Positions 11,073 through 23,219 of a stretch of 41,801 nucleotides of DNA are shown here, piece after piece. The DNA is taken from positions 937,157-978,957 of the forward strand of contig WELA01003597.1 in NCBI GenBank assembly GCA_009602735.1, given 5' to 3'. This DNA is from Mesotaenium endlicherianum. Taxonomy: Eukaryota. The stretch's first letter is position 1. The number at the start of each line of letters is the position of its first letter. The translations under genes were made by a program, and so were the position numbers. The notes under the pieces are model-generated. The model did not search any database, was not told the origin of the DNA, and saw only the letters and a program-made list of their open reading frames with translations.

Positions 11073-12617
11073 GCGAGCTGTGGCTCACAAAGAGAGTGGA
11101 TGCAGTCAAAGACGTGCAATAACCCAAAAATTGCCGCTTCAAGTTTGTAGCTGTAGCTTCCAAGTGCAATCCTTCACCTCTCACCACTGTTTCCTGCACA
11201 GCAATCACCTCTTTAGTCTCAGCACCTCCTGCTAGCATGCGTTCAGAGGCAACTTAACACCCTATGACAATTCTCCAGGCAGAACACATTTTGAATCTTC
11301 GCTAACATTCACAAATTTTGTAGAAGCTAGTAAGAGGTGAATAAGCTCTTTAAATGCACAATTTTTGCCCAAAACGGGCAGGCTGTAATCATACAGTACA
11401 CGTTAAATGCAGCTTGATATTGGTGTTTCAAGTTGCTATGGTGCCTCACCTGACGACTATTTCAAACGCAAGAAGCTCATTTTGTGAGGAACAACTTATG
11501 CCTCTCAAACTCTTACACCGTTTCAAGTGGTCTCGACAGATACATGACAAGATATTGCAGAAAAATTACATGGCATTGGTGTTAACACCATGTATGCCAG
11601 GGCACGTTGACAAACAAACCTTCTGTAAGCTAAAAGCTCGGTGCCGTAGCCAATATATCTGGTCGCGTACAGAGGCCTGCCCTTTCTCTGGAATGAAAAG
11701 CAAATAAAGGGTCCTTCCAACCCGCCAAAGACATTCGCAATCTCCCTTCTGCTTAGCTGCTTTGGCGCACATTGTGAATGCCTCGTTAGTTGGACATCTA
11801 TATCACCTGCCTTTTTCCGTTTGCAACTTCCGACAATAACAAAGTTTCCGCGTCAGCCTGCCTTGTTGTTATATTCTTTCTCTTACGGCTCTTGCAGTCA
11901 GCATCACATGCACCATCACGAGTCGCAGCAGAAAAGCTCCTCGTGGAGACGTACTCCGTTGTTAACTTAACAGTGGAGGCTCAAGCGAAACGTTTCGATC
12001 TCGAGGCTTACATGCATTGGGCACGAAAGCACGAAGTGGCACCTCTTATATCTCCGAATTATTCTTGATCCTTGCCGGTCACATGAATCACAACCATGCG
12101 ACGTGGGAAACTGCCCATAGTAGGAGCGTAAGAGCGTCAGGGTAGAAAATGAGATTGAAAGCAGCTCTGCTGTCTTGCAGCATGCGTCGTGACCAACTGA
12201 CATGCCTTACCGCTGCAGCATGGGCCAGGCTGGCAGAAAGAGTTCGGCCGGCTGTTTCTTCTTACATATGCAAATTTACAGAGCAGCTGGTAGAGGGCAT
12301 TGTATACAGATCCGGTCAAGGTTGAAGACATCCACTTTAACCTCCATCCTCCTTTGGCGATGGCACCCTTAATGATGACATGTTCTTTCGTCTCGCTTGG
12401 AGTTGTGAAGAAGCTGTGAGAATTTTTATGAGGGTGTGCGAGCTCTTTATTTGAAGACCATTTTAGCTCCCGTAAAACATGTCGTGAGCTGTTGACGAGC
12501 TGGTCAAACAGAGCTTCATCTTGCCGTTCTAGTTGGTTAGGCAGAGTGCAACCGGTGTGTAGCATGCTCCGATATTAGCTTCTGCACATCAGAGGGTATA
12601 AAGGTGCAGACATTTTC

Positions 12618-13956
12618 ATGGCAACTACAGGGAGACCTACACCAACCGCAAGTACTGTTTCAGGTGCACCAAGGCCAGCAGATGGGAAGCTGCCACGTCT
12701 AGAAAAAAAACGTGGTCCTTACCATTTGCTTAGCCCTTTCCTGCGATTCCTCCAGGTGTGAGAAGCTATCTCTGCACAGCACACTACAGTTCTAATTGCA
12801 AACTAGACGGGATGTTTGTTATGATTATTATGAAGTTCGTCTGAACTTCTGTTTGAGAAGCTGTAGTGTGAAGTTACTTCCCTCGCGGCATCTCAGTAAA
12901 GTTGATGTCCACTTATGTGCATCGTATATTTGTTCACTCCACTTGAATCTTCTCTTTGAAAATCTCTATTCTCAATAGCTGACGGGCTGATGAGGTTTGG
13001 CTCCTTCACCCTTCTATGGATGCAAACAATGTCGTTGGCCAGTCACCTAGTTCCAACAAGAACTAATGGGTGCGGTGACCAGGGATTGCTGTGGCCCCCA
13101 CGTGTCATGCAGATTCGCCCTCTGTTCTTTTCTCTGAGCAGTTTGCAGCAGCAGTCTGCGCATTCTCGGCCGTCATATCGTCCACCAAAGATGGAAACGG
13201 ACTCAACGGGCTCAAGTACTCTGAGTTCATGGGGCTGACATACCTGGTAGCGGGCACTGTGATAGCGGCAGCATGGGCGCTGTTCATGCTCATGCTGGAC
13301 GTCTTTCTGCTGTGCTTGGGGATCACCATTCACATGCGTGCTCTCCCAATCTTCTACCTTGTGATGGACTTTGTATGTCCCATTCCCATTCCACATCTCC
13401 CTGACTTTGCTGCTTGAGGGTCTGCCATAATCATTGCCCCTGGGGAATCACCCGTCGTGCTGATTTTGTCATTACCTCTTATCCCCTGTTCTGTTGTGGG
13501 TGGAGCTGTAGAACAACAGGAAAAGTAGTGCTTCGCCTTTGGTTGAAGTGCATGCGCGTATCTACTCTCCGTATGTTTTTCCATGTTCGTTTTTATGTTG
13601 CAGCCCTATGACGTTGCTGCTGGATTTAGGTGCTGTTTAACACTCTTGAGGTTGAGGTTTCACAAACTGCCTGCCCTTTATTTTCTCATTGTTTCTAAAT
13701 ATTGCTGTCATGCTAGGTGGCTTCAAGCTTTGCCCTGTCAGCGGGAGCAGCGGGGGCAGGCATCACAACTTTCAGTGATCGTGGCGCCTATCCGTATGCC
13801 CAGGCGTTTTGTCAGGGAGATACTCCATGGAATTTCTTTTGCTCCAGGGCAAAGGCAGGAGTAGCCATGGCACTCATTTGTTTCTTCTTCTTCCTACCGT
13901 CCATTGCTCTTGACATCATATACATCTCCCTAGAGACTGACAATAGTGGTAGTTAA
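12618..13956 (+). CDS. CASPL: CASP-like four-TM protein 2
   Basis: Exons 12618-12755, 13142-13372, 13717-13956 (phase 0). Product: LRFLQFAAAVCAFSAVISS...YSEFMGLTYLVAGTVIAAAW...MDF..SFALSAGAAGAGIT...FCQ....FFCSRAKAGVAMALICFF, including the TM1 Arg and TM3 Asp typical of CASPL. Confidence 0.87.
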
Positions 13957-15474
13957 AGCGTCACATAGGCAGGTGCTAAGGCGTGCAGTCAATAGCAGAT
14001 CAAAAATAAGCTTGAAAAGATGCTTTCAGTTTAATCTGCTGATGGTGATTGCATATCGGTAAGGATCACATTTCCAAATTACATTTCCTGTATATATTTC
14101 AATACTAACCTCAGAATACAATGGTAGAGATGCATATGCAAGATGTGCCAATGTGGTACAAGTTCAATCACTTATTATTGCAAGTTACCTCGCACAAAGT
14201 TACGATCTAATAACACACCATCGTGTCTTTCTGTCCAGTTTGCTGCTTGGCCATTAATGCTCCATTTGAATGATGGTTTTGGCCACTCATCAATTTCATT
14301 TAAAAATGACTGTTTGTCGTCCACATGAACCATTAATGTCTCTGTTTGCAAAAAGCTATGCAGCCCATTTAATTAACATTCTTCCCCTCTTTGCAACCAA
14401 GTTGCGCGGTATCAATTTGCCCACCATATATGACTGTGCTGTACTAGACAGTGAAAATACGAGATATAATCATTTCAAGGATTTTCATCCCCACTTTAAA
14501 ATATGGAGCACTGGTCCATTTTCTTTCGACACTTCCATTGCTATGCTTCCCACAAGATCGTGAGTGATGATTTTTCTCTCATGATTTTGTGCATTTGTTA
14601 TCAGCCACTTCTGTCCTTGCAAAAACATTTCGAACAAACTTTCAGGACATGAAATGCTTGCTGCTTATGTAAAGCCAACTATTGCGAACACAAAACACTG
14701 GTTTTTACACAAATGCCACATACTGTCAACATATCATCCTCTACATGCTAGACAATCCAACTACATAACCATCATCATGCTGAATGCTGGCAAACATCAA
14801 ATACCACATCATCTACATTTATTCAGATACTACAGGCAAAGCCTGCTTGTTGATTAACATATGCATGTCATTGTTAAATCTCTATCTTAGGGTCATCACT
14901 ACAACTAGCTATGAACCCCGCGATTATTGGCTACTGAGCAGCCTGACTATTGGCCTTTTAAGTAATGAAAGAATAAGAGTATACATATATACAGGCTCCG
15001 CGAAAATACTGTCTTGCACATCTGAGGAGCATTTAAGATCCATCCCTAGCTTGTAAAACTTCTGAGCAGTGTCAGAATATTCTGTACGTACCACTAAAGA
15101 ACAGATGGAGGCTGCAACGAATGTGCGAGAGTGACTACACTCATCACGTAACAGCAGCTCTACACTAAAAGACAGAATGCTATTGCTGCTAGAGCCATAG
15201 CCCTCTGCTATGCATACGTCATATTGACCTCAAGTGTCATCTTCTGATACCGCAAAAAGTCCAAACACGCCTTATAGACACTTATCCACTCCAATGAACA
15301 GCAGTGCTGCAACCAAATCATCTTCAGATGAAAGAAGAGCCACCAAGCACCCAGGCTGCCACTACAAACACGTCGACGAATTGAAAAGTGCACACGTCTC
15401 GAGATATAAAGGCTTCACTTACTGCACCAGTAAAGAAGCTCCCCCCTATACTCCCCTCTAAATCACACTACTTC

Positions 15475-16323
15475 CTAGAATAAAGGTGCTCTGTGGGGTA
15501 CACCTTTTCTTCTATGAAGTCTCTGGTCAATGTCGAGACTACATTGTGGAGGTGTTCTAGGCTCCAATGGACTCAATGGAGAGGGCAAGAGCACAAGCTG
15601 CGGCATCATATCTGGGGAAGTCAAAGTGGAGCGAAACTTCTTTTTCTTGGAGGGATACGAGCTGTCCACCAAGCTGTCTACCTCCTTACCACTATCTTCC
15701 ATACTGACTTCCTGTGAACTCCCCTCCTCCATCAAGAGAGGTGGTAGAGGCCTAAACGGCTGAGACGGAGACCTCTTTGCACCCATATCAGTTGATGCTT
15801 CGACATGCCCACGGCTGCTTCCAAGACTGGACGCTTGCGTCCGCGGTTGTAAAGAAATCCCCGCATCATATGCCACAGCAGCCAACTTGCACCCAATGGA
15901 GCAAAACCTGAAGGCATCCTGCAAAGTTCTGTGGCACGTTTCACAGGAATATGGCGCTCCTTTCACCGGCCTAGCCTGCGGTCTCCCATTAAGAAAGACG
16001 ATCTTTGCACTATTGATGACGTAAATTTGAATCTGACTCGTGTCCAGAAGATCTCTAATATCTAAAACGCGAACAACCTCATGATAAGATGATCTTCTCA
16101 CTTGCAACACCGTATGACCAGGCCCGCTGTGATACTTGGCCACACACAATGTGCACAGTGATTCTCCGCCACAGTCTATACAGAAAAAGTTCCGCTCACT
16201 CTTGTGTGCTGCTGCGTGGGCTTGGCAAGCCACAAAATAATGACCGGCAAGGAATTGTTGTACCCAAGGAGGAACCTGAGAAGGCCCCTCAGCCTGAAGA
16301 GAATGCCCTCCCATACCCGGCAT
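15475..16323 (-). CDS. PLATZ: PLATZ zinc-binding transcription factor (intronless)
   Basis: PPW...F..C..H....E.NFFCIDC...LC..C...H.GH.VLQVRRSSYHEVVRV...IQ.YVINSAKIVFLN.RPQ...CETC.R.L....RFCSIGCKL and C-terminal RRKG.PHRAP. Confidence 0.95.
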   Translation of the reverse strand: MPGMGGHSLQAEGPSQVPPWVQQFLAGHYFVACQAHAAAHKSERNFFCIDCGGESLCTLCVAKYHSGPGHTVLQVRRSSYHEVVRVLDIRDLLDTSQIQIYVINSAKIVFLNGRPQARPVKGAPYSCETCHRTLQDAFRFCSIGCKLAAVAYDAGISLQPRTQASSLGSSRGHVEASTDMGAKRSPSQPFRPLPPLLMEEGSSQEVSMEDSGKEVDSLVDSSYPSKKKKFRSTLTSPDMMPQLVLLPSPLSPLEPRTPPQCSLDIDQRLHRRKGVPHRAPLF

Positions 16324-19300
16324 CGTCTGCTCTATGGTAAAGCGAGAGGAACAGTAATCAAAACGAAAAAGTTATTACTTTACACTCTCAATATACTATG
16401 ATGGCGGCGACTCCTGCTGGACAAGAAGAAAAGTCAACTTGTGCGTCTTTAATGAAGGCGAAGCGTTGCGCTAACCTTTAGACAGGAACGTCTCTTGCTC
16501 GGCACGCAACGCACGATTATATGTAACCTGTGCGCTCAGCCGGTAGAAATTACTCGGGAGTGGACGCGCAACTTGTCGACGTCACAATACTAAGGTCTGC
16601 GTTGGTAGGCTTGTTTACTCTACAGCCGCTGCTTGTCACCGCCAGCTAGCTTGCTCTACTTTGGACCTTCCCTCGGCCTTTTCCTGACATAACGCGTGTT
16701 TAGACAACGCCCTGGCACACCGTGACGCTAGCACCTTCCTGTGCTCTTTTGATTTCATTTGGCTGCCTGTCACAATTGTACCCACCAGCAAAATGTGGTC
16801 CATTAGTGCATCTCAGTCGGTCGTACAGGATCTTGTACTGCGTACGAAGAAAGACGAAACTGTCTTGCTGGATTGTCATGAGCTTTTCGATATCAAAATC
16901 TTGATAATAGACCTGCGGCATCTGCATTCTTCGAGAACACATGCCTGCAGACGCCTTCGCGGCGTCTGAGCCCATCTGAGCCTGCTTGCGAGTAAGAAGC
17001 TTCGCCTCCAAGCACCTCCAAGTCGTGACCCTTGACAACCTTCCAGCATGTTCGAGCACTTCCAGCAAAGTCGGACGGCAAAAGCCTAAACCTTGCCCTG
17101 CGTTCGAGTCTCCCGCCGCCAACACAACGAAGTCACTATACTCGAGTAGAGTGCACCAAACTCCTAGAGTCCGGTAGCTGGGCCAAGAGTCGTGGAGGTA
17201 ACGCCAACCAAGATTGTTGGATTTTGGCTAATTACTTTCCACGTCAGGTGCACTGTTGAATAGTGAGCACGTGTTCAATAAAATGGACCAGATCATTTAC
17301 ACCCAATCGAAACCAACCAACAGCAGCAAGTCCACGGTACCGATGGACGTGGTTGCCTGTGAGGTAACACATCGGACTTACTCGCGGTTGCTCGGGTGTG
17401 CTTGTGCTATCATCCATGGCCCATGAGTGCCCATGAGTCGTAAAGTGTCGAAGCTCAATACATTGGCTTTGATTGGCTCTTATTGCTGGAGATGAAGTCA
17501 GAAGTGCACAGAATGGCAGAAGCCACTGAATGACAATGTAAGTGTATGTATGCCACTGCCATGGGATTGCCGTCGATGGCCGTGCAGGTGTCGTCGACTG
17601 CTATTGAACGGCAAGTGAGACTGCCATCGTGGCACGCTGAAAGTGCTCAAAAAAAAAACGTACACAACAGCTTCAGAACGTACAAGTCCGCGGGAGAGCA
17701 GGTGCGAGGGTGAGAGGCAGTGAGAGGGTAAATGTTTTTTTGCCATGTTCGCAATTGTTCGCAAAGTAGTCGTAGTAGTTACAATTGGCAACACATGATA
17801 CCAATGTCGCGCATGCCATTTAGGGTGACAGCCTATGAATGGCTGATAAGAAGCTGAGAAGGACCACATCTTACTAGTGAAAAACGGGCGGGTAATTGAC
17901 GATATGCATGCGGCATGACGTAATACTGCGTCCGTTGACTAAGTCTTGGAGTAAGATAGTGAGGTGCAAACTGGGTCGGCAGACTCGCGGGCGGCAATTG
18001 TAGCTGCTGCGAAGGCCTTACGTCCATCAACGTGGACTGCAATTTGTTTTAGATTGAGGTTCGGCTTCCATTGTAAACCAGATATGTTCTCTCATATTTT
18101 TGTGAGTTTGAAATTAATACCGTCAACTTCGTTCTATTGTATTATTTATTCCAAAATTGATATTGTTGAATAATATTGCTATGGCCACTGTATAATGGCC
18201 CTAATTGATAGAGTAGATTAATCCAAATTAAAGAGTGCCTATTAAGTTTGAACATAACGGCGCCTGCAAGACTTTCAAATTGCTTTCAAGTTTGACTGTG
18301 AAAGCATCAATGTTGAAGTAATTCCTTAGTTTGGAGCCATAGTCATTTAAGTCCTTATTCACTTTTGGTCCAAATGTTGCACATGCAAAGGTCGTTGCTG
18401 CAACCATGAAAATGCCAAAAATAAAAACAAGTTGCAAAAGTTGGTAACAATGAACAAAATTCAACAGTCATGTAGGACAGATATAATCACTAAACAGCGA
18501 CTTCTTCATGCAGTAAATGTGGTTGCAAAACGCTTGTCAATTACCGAACCGCAAATCAATTGTGGACCAAGCCATAGAAACATTCCACTCACGTGAAATC
18601 AAAGACCAATAGTAAATTGTGCAAATGAGCGGATATGCGATAAATGATTTTTGACAAGCAAAAATTACAACTTTGCAAAAATATGACGAGAAATTATTTG
18701 TTGCTTAAATTATTTTTCTTGCGATGATCAAGGCTTTCACCCAAGGTGGGCTTATGAGTTTCGTTTGGACGCATGATTCATTCTAGAATTGTATTTTTTG
18801 GTCTTGATGCGCACGCATTAAATCTTGAATACAAATATTTACGTTGTCCAGACACATGGTCAAATCTTGAACAGTGAACCAAAAGGTCGACCATTGCGGT
18901 TGGCTTTGAATGTCAGGGTGCTTCAACTTTTTGACAATTTCTGGACACCAAAGAGGACGTAGACAAGGAAACATTCTTAAATTTTCACTATGAATCATAC
19001 AGTGGAAAATGACTTTTTAGCGTCAAAACAAACGACAGGCGCAAAGTAGGACGTAGATGGTGCGTAAGGGAACCCACGCAAAGTAACATATGCAGGCAAA
19101 TTTGTGTCAATCAAAGCAAGCAAAATGCACCATTTCACAAAAGAATCGTTGATTACGAATACTTTTAGAACATGTCGTCTCTCATCGTCCGTTTGTGCAC
19201 ATAGCGACACACAAGTCATTGGCTAAAGTTTCAGCCCGTCCAAAACCTTTTTATTAAAATTTTGTTGTGAATTTCATTCACTTTGTACTGGTTGAAAATT

Positions 19301-19543
19301 CATTATAATTCCAGTGGGCTTGTCTAGCATGTGAAAAAAGATTCGCATTCCTTGTTTGTGAATAAATTATTCACTCTCAAGTATAATATAAAATCTATTG
19401 AAGGTATGACCTTCGTCATCCGACGTAAGAATTTACGGTGACGTGCTCCGTTAAGAGAGAGTTCATGCGACAGAACAGGGTAATTGAGTGCAAGGTGACA
19501 CCGGTTGCACCACTGGATGTACTACCTATCCCCCCTGCTCTCC

Positions 19544-20264
19544 TGTAATGAATATCAGTATATTGGTTGATATAATATTCATTTAAATATAAAGGTTAAA
19601 TAAGTTCAGCCTGTTGAACTCTAGTTGATATTGAGTCTGCTGGACTATATTACATAATTAGTTTAATGACTCAGCCGGGGGCAGCAGGCTGAAGTCAACT
19701 TAGGTCGGCTTGCTGACACATTCTTTGACAGCCAGCTGACTTCCGTACTCGGTAGCAGCGAACTGCCTCGATATGCATCTAAGTGTGGTATGCTAGATGA
19801 ATGGCTAGATGACATCCCTATGATGGATGGCGATTCGGGATGATGGGAGATGGCGGTGGATTTGGTTAACCGAGGTCCTACCAACGTGGTTAACTCCCGG
19901 GTAGGCGGTGCCATCGCACTGACCGTTGAACAGTAAACTCATTCCATGTACATATGCTAGGCATTGCTCTCGAGTTCGGCATTCGGAAACGAGGCCAACT
20001 CTCTTGTACAGCTTACTGAGAGAGATCTGAATCCAAGGCGAGAAGCCATTGATACGCACTGTCTTCTAACCTTGCTTATGTATGAGTTTACTGATTTGCA
20101 TCATTGATGCAAGTTTACTCGCATTTGACTTACGAGTATTATTCCCTGCTAGTGTATTGTCATTTGCCGTTAAACCAATTAACGGAAATACCATAAAGAT
20201 TACTTGCTGATATGAAGATATTTATTAATTGTTAATCGCCTATTTGGTAAGTCGATTCATTTCA
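19544..20264 (+). repeat. LTR1
   Basis: TGTAATGAAT...GATTCATTTCA, followed by the PBS. Confidence 0.92.
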
Positions 20265-20265
20265 G

Positions 20266-20277
20266 TGGTATCGGAGC
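20266..20277 (+). other. Primer binding site for tRNA-iMet (TGGTATCGGAGC); identical copies at 21611-21622 and 37063-37074
   Basis: One G:U-compatible difference from canonical TGGTATCAGAGC, 1 nt after the LTR end. Confidence 0.85.
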
Positions 20278-20298
20278 AGTTATCACAGTCTTCTTTGT

Positions 20299-20889
20299 AT
20301 GGTAAGGACAAGGTCTCAAACTAGCAACTCCCGAGACATGGAGAACCAGGAGAACGAGAATGTCGAAAACCAGGCGGAAAGCCATGTAGCGGGAAACCGT
20401 ACCTATTCGGAAGCAGTAGCAGATACTGCAGCTAGGGAGGCTGCAGATGAGTCAGCTGCTATTGCCTCTGTCGCAGCTCAGCAAGCTGAGGAGGAGAGAG
20501 CCAGGCTAGAAGCTGAACAAGTAGCAAAGGCCGCTGAAGATACAGAAAGGAGGGAAAGACAGCCAGCTGACGAGCGCACTGTCGAGGAACTCATGGCATC
20601 AAGGGCCAATGTTCTAAACCCACCCCCTGCTGTACAGCTCAACGTACCCCTGGGTCAAATACGTGACCGGCTGAATGCGGCGGGAATTGCTGCTGCAGGA
20701 GCGAGAGGGACTGTTGAGGACACTACTCAGCGAGTAGATGCTAATGCTGCTGCTGCATTTGCTAGACTACCACCCCAGAGTGTAGACTTGGAAGCATTAT
20801 TCGTTCAAATGCAGTCGCAAATGGCGACCATGTATCAGTCTTAGCAGGAGGACAAAAGAATCATAATGTCCCTACTGCGGGACAGAGAC
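20299..20889 (+). pseudogene. gag: 5' fragment of gag, cut off by LTR2 and carrying an in-frame TAG at 20842-20844
   Basis: [18 protein letters not shown]..., same start as gag at 21644; ends at GACAGAGAC|TGTAATG. Confidence 0.88.
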
Positions 20890-21609
20890 TGTAATGAATC
20901 AGTATATTAGTGGATATAATATTCATTTAAATCTAATTGTTAATTAAATTCAGCCTGCTGAACTTTAGTTAATAGTCAGTTTGCTGGACTTTACATAATT
21001 ATCAGTTTAATGACTCGGCCAAAAGCAGCAGGCTGAAGTCAACTTAAGTCAGCTTGCTGACACATTCTTTGACAGCCAGCTGACTTCCGTGCTCGGTAGC
21101 AGCGAACTGCCTTGATATGCATCTAAGTACGACCTGCTAGATGAATGGCCAGATGACATCCCCATGATGGATGGCTATTCGGGATGATGGGAGATGGCGG
21201 TGGATTTGGTTAACCGAGGTCCTACCAACGTGGTTAACTCCCGGGTAGGCGGTGCCATCGCACTGACCGTTGAACAGTAAACTCATTCCATGTACATATG
21301 CTAGGCATTGCTCTCGAGTTCGGCATTCGGAAACGAGGCCAACTCTCTTGTACAGCTTACTGAGAGAGATCTGAATCCAAGGCGAGAAGCCATTGATACG
21401 CACTGTCTTCTAACCTTGCTTATGTATGAGTTTACTGATTTGCATTATTGATGCTAGTTTACTCGCATGTGACTTACGAGTATTATTCACTGCTAGTGTA
21501 TTGTCCTTTGCCGTTTAACCAGTTAACGAAAATTGCCATCAAGATTACTTGCTGATATAAAGATCTTAATTAATTGTTAATCGCTTATTTGGTACATCGA
21601 TTCATTTCA
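20890..21609 (+). repeat. LTR2 (internal LTR)
   Basis: Same family as LTR1, followed by PBS and gag. Confidence 0.92.
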
Positions 21610-21643
21610 GTGGTATCGGAGCAGTTATCACAGTCGTCTTTGT

Positions 21644-23130
21644 ATGGTAAGGACAAGGTCTCAAACTAGCAACTCCCGAGACATGGAGAACCAGGAGAAC
21701 GAGAATGTTGAAAACCAGGCGGAAAGCCATGTAGCGGGAAACCGTACCTATTCTGAAGCGGTAGCAGATACTGCAGCTAGGGAGGCTGCAGATAAGGCAG
21801 CTGCTATTGCCTCAGTCGCAGCTCAGCAAACTGAGGGGGAGATAGCCAGACTAGAAGCTGAACAAGTAGCAAAGGCCGCTGAAGATACAGAAAGGAGGGA
21901 AGGACAGCCAGCTGACAAGCTCACTGTGGAAGAACTTATGGCATCAAGGGCCAATATTCTGAACCCACCTCCTGCCGTACAACTCAATGTACCCCTAGGT
22001 CAAATACGTGNAGGCTGAATGCGGCAGGAATTNNNNNNNNNNNNNNNNNNNNNNNNNNNNNNNNNNNNNNNNNNNNNNNNNNNNNNNNNNNNNNNNNNNN
22101 NNNNNNNNNNNNNNNNNNNNNNNNNNNNNNNNNNNNNNNNNNNNNNNNNNNNNNNNNNNNNNNNNNNNNNNNNNNNTACGACCATGTATCAGTCCCNNNN
22201 NNNNNNNNNNNNNNNNNNNNNNNNNNNNNNNNNNNNNNNNNNNNNNTGGGGTCTCACACCACTAGTGGTGGTGGCCGAGGGCCTAGTAAGCTCAAGCCAA
22301 AACCTCCCCAGGACTATCATTCTGAGGGAAACAGAAAATATACCCTGAACAAGTTTCTCGCGGATGTTGAGCAGTGGCTGGAGAACTACCCAGAACTGCA
22401 AGATTACGAGAAGGTCAGGCACACCGGTGCGCTACTGAAAGGCAGTGCCGCAGACTGGTGGCTTTACTGGAAAGAAGAGCGTAAGGCTCGGCAACTCGGT
22501 GACCCTACGTGGGTAGAGTTTGTCGAGAAGTTGCATGAGAAGTTTGATGTCATCAACCAGCAGGAGAAAGCTATCTATGCGATGATCTCCCTGACACTGA
22601 AGCAGACCACTTCAGTTGCTGAGTTTGCTCAAAAGTTCCAAGAGAACATGATGAAGCAGCCAGATTTGCCAGAACGGTATAGGATAGCATACTTCAGGTA
22701 TGGCTTGAAATCCGAGGTCTCTGGTCATTTTGCTGAGAAAAAGTATGAGAAACTGGCTGACTTGATCCAGGATGCTGACGCCTGGGATCAGCAGCAGTTC
22801 AATCACAAGCGCCAGAGTAACGCTTTGGTGTCTAAGATTGTCAAAAAGCCCCACGGTTCCTACAATGCAGTTGAAGGAGACCAGGCTGAGGATAATCAGG
22901 GTGATGAATATGAGTATGAGTACAATGCTATTCAGTCTAGAGGTAGAGGTGGTCCCTCTCGAGGTGGCTATGGAAGGGGTGGTGGTAGGACTAAGCCGAG
23001 ACCAGCCTCAGCAAAATCTACTTGCTACCATTGTCAGCAGAAAGGCCACTACAGAGAACAGTGTCCGGTCAAGCACCTGCCTAAGGTCGAGAGAAAAGAC
23101 CAGCCTTTAAAAGACAGCAACAGTCAGTAA
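21644..23130 (+). CDS. gag: Gag (interrupted by assembly gaps 22033-22176 and 22197-22246)
   Basis: Capsid-like segment [10 protein letters not shown]...[13 protein letters not shown]...[14 protein letters not shown]...FRYGL and CCHC knuckle [14 protein letters not shown]. Confidence 0.88.
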
Positions 23131-23219
23131 TCCAGTCTACTGACTGTGAGGATGCTAGAGATAGTGAGTCGTCACTAGCTGCCCTCGTAGCAGGTATTAT
23201 GGGTCCTGCTGAACTGGAT
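23106..23219 (+). promoter_or_regulatory. Putative -1 ribosomal frameshift signal at the gag/pol overlap
   Basis: Slippery T TTA AAA (23106-23112) in the gag frame, 7-nt spacer, perfect 10-bp stem ACAGTCAGTA/TACTGACTGT; pol is in the -1 frame. Confidence 0.75.

Noticed and set aside
12060..12145. LILAGHMNHNHATW resembling a LINE endonuclease GDFN motif
   Set aside because: Short, catalytic Asp absent, no other LINE motifs nearby
16700..17125. 141-aa minus-strand ORF
   Set aside because: Non-ATG start, no recognisable domain or supporting exon structure
21137..21403. Repeated 88-aa ORF MRINGFSPW... as a multi-copy gene or CRISPR-like repeat
   Set aside because: It lies inside each LTR, starts at GTG, and recurs because the LTRs are similar; not called as a CDS
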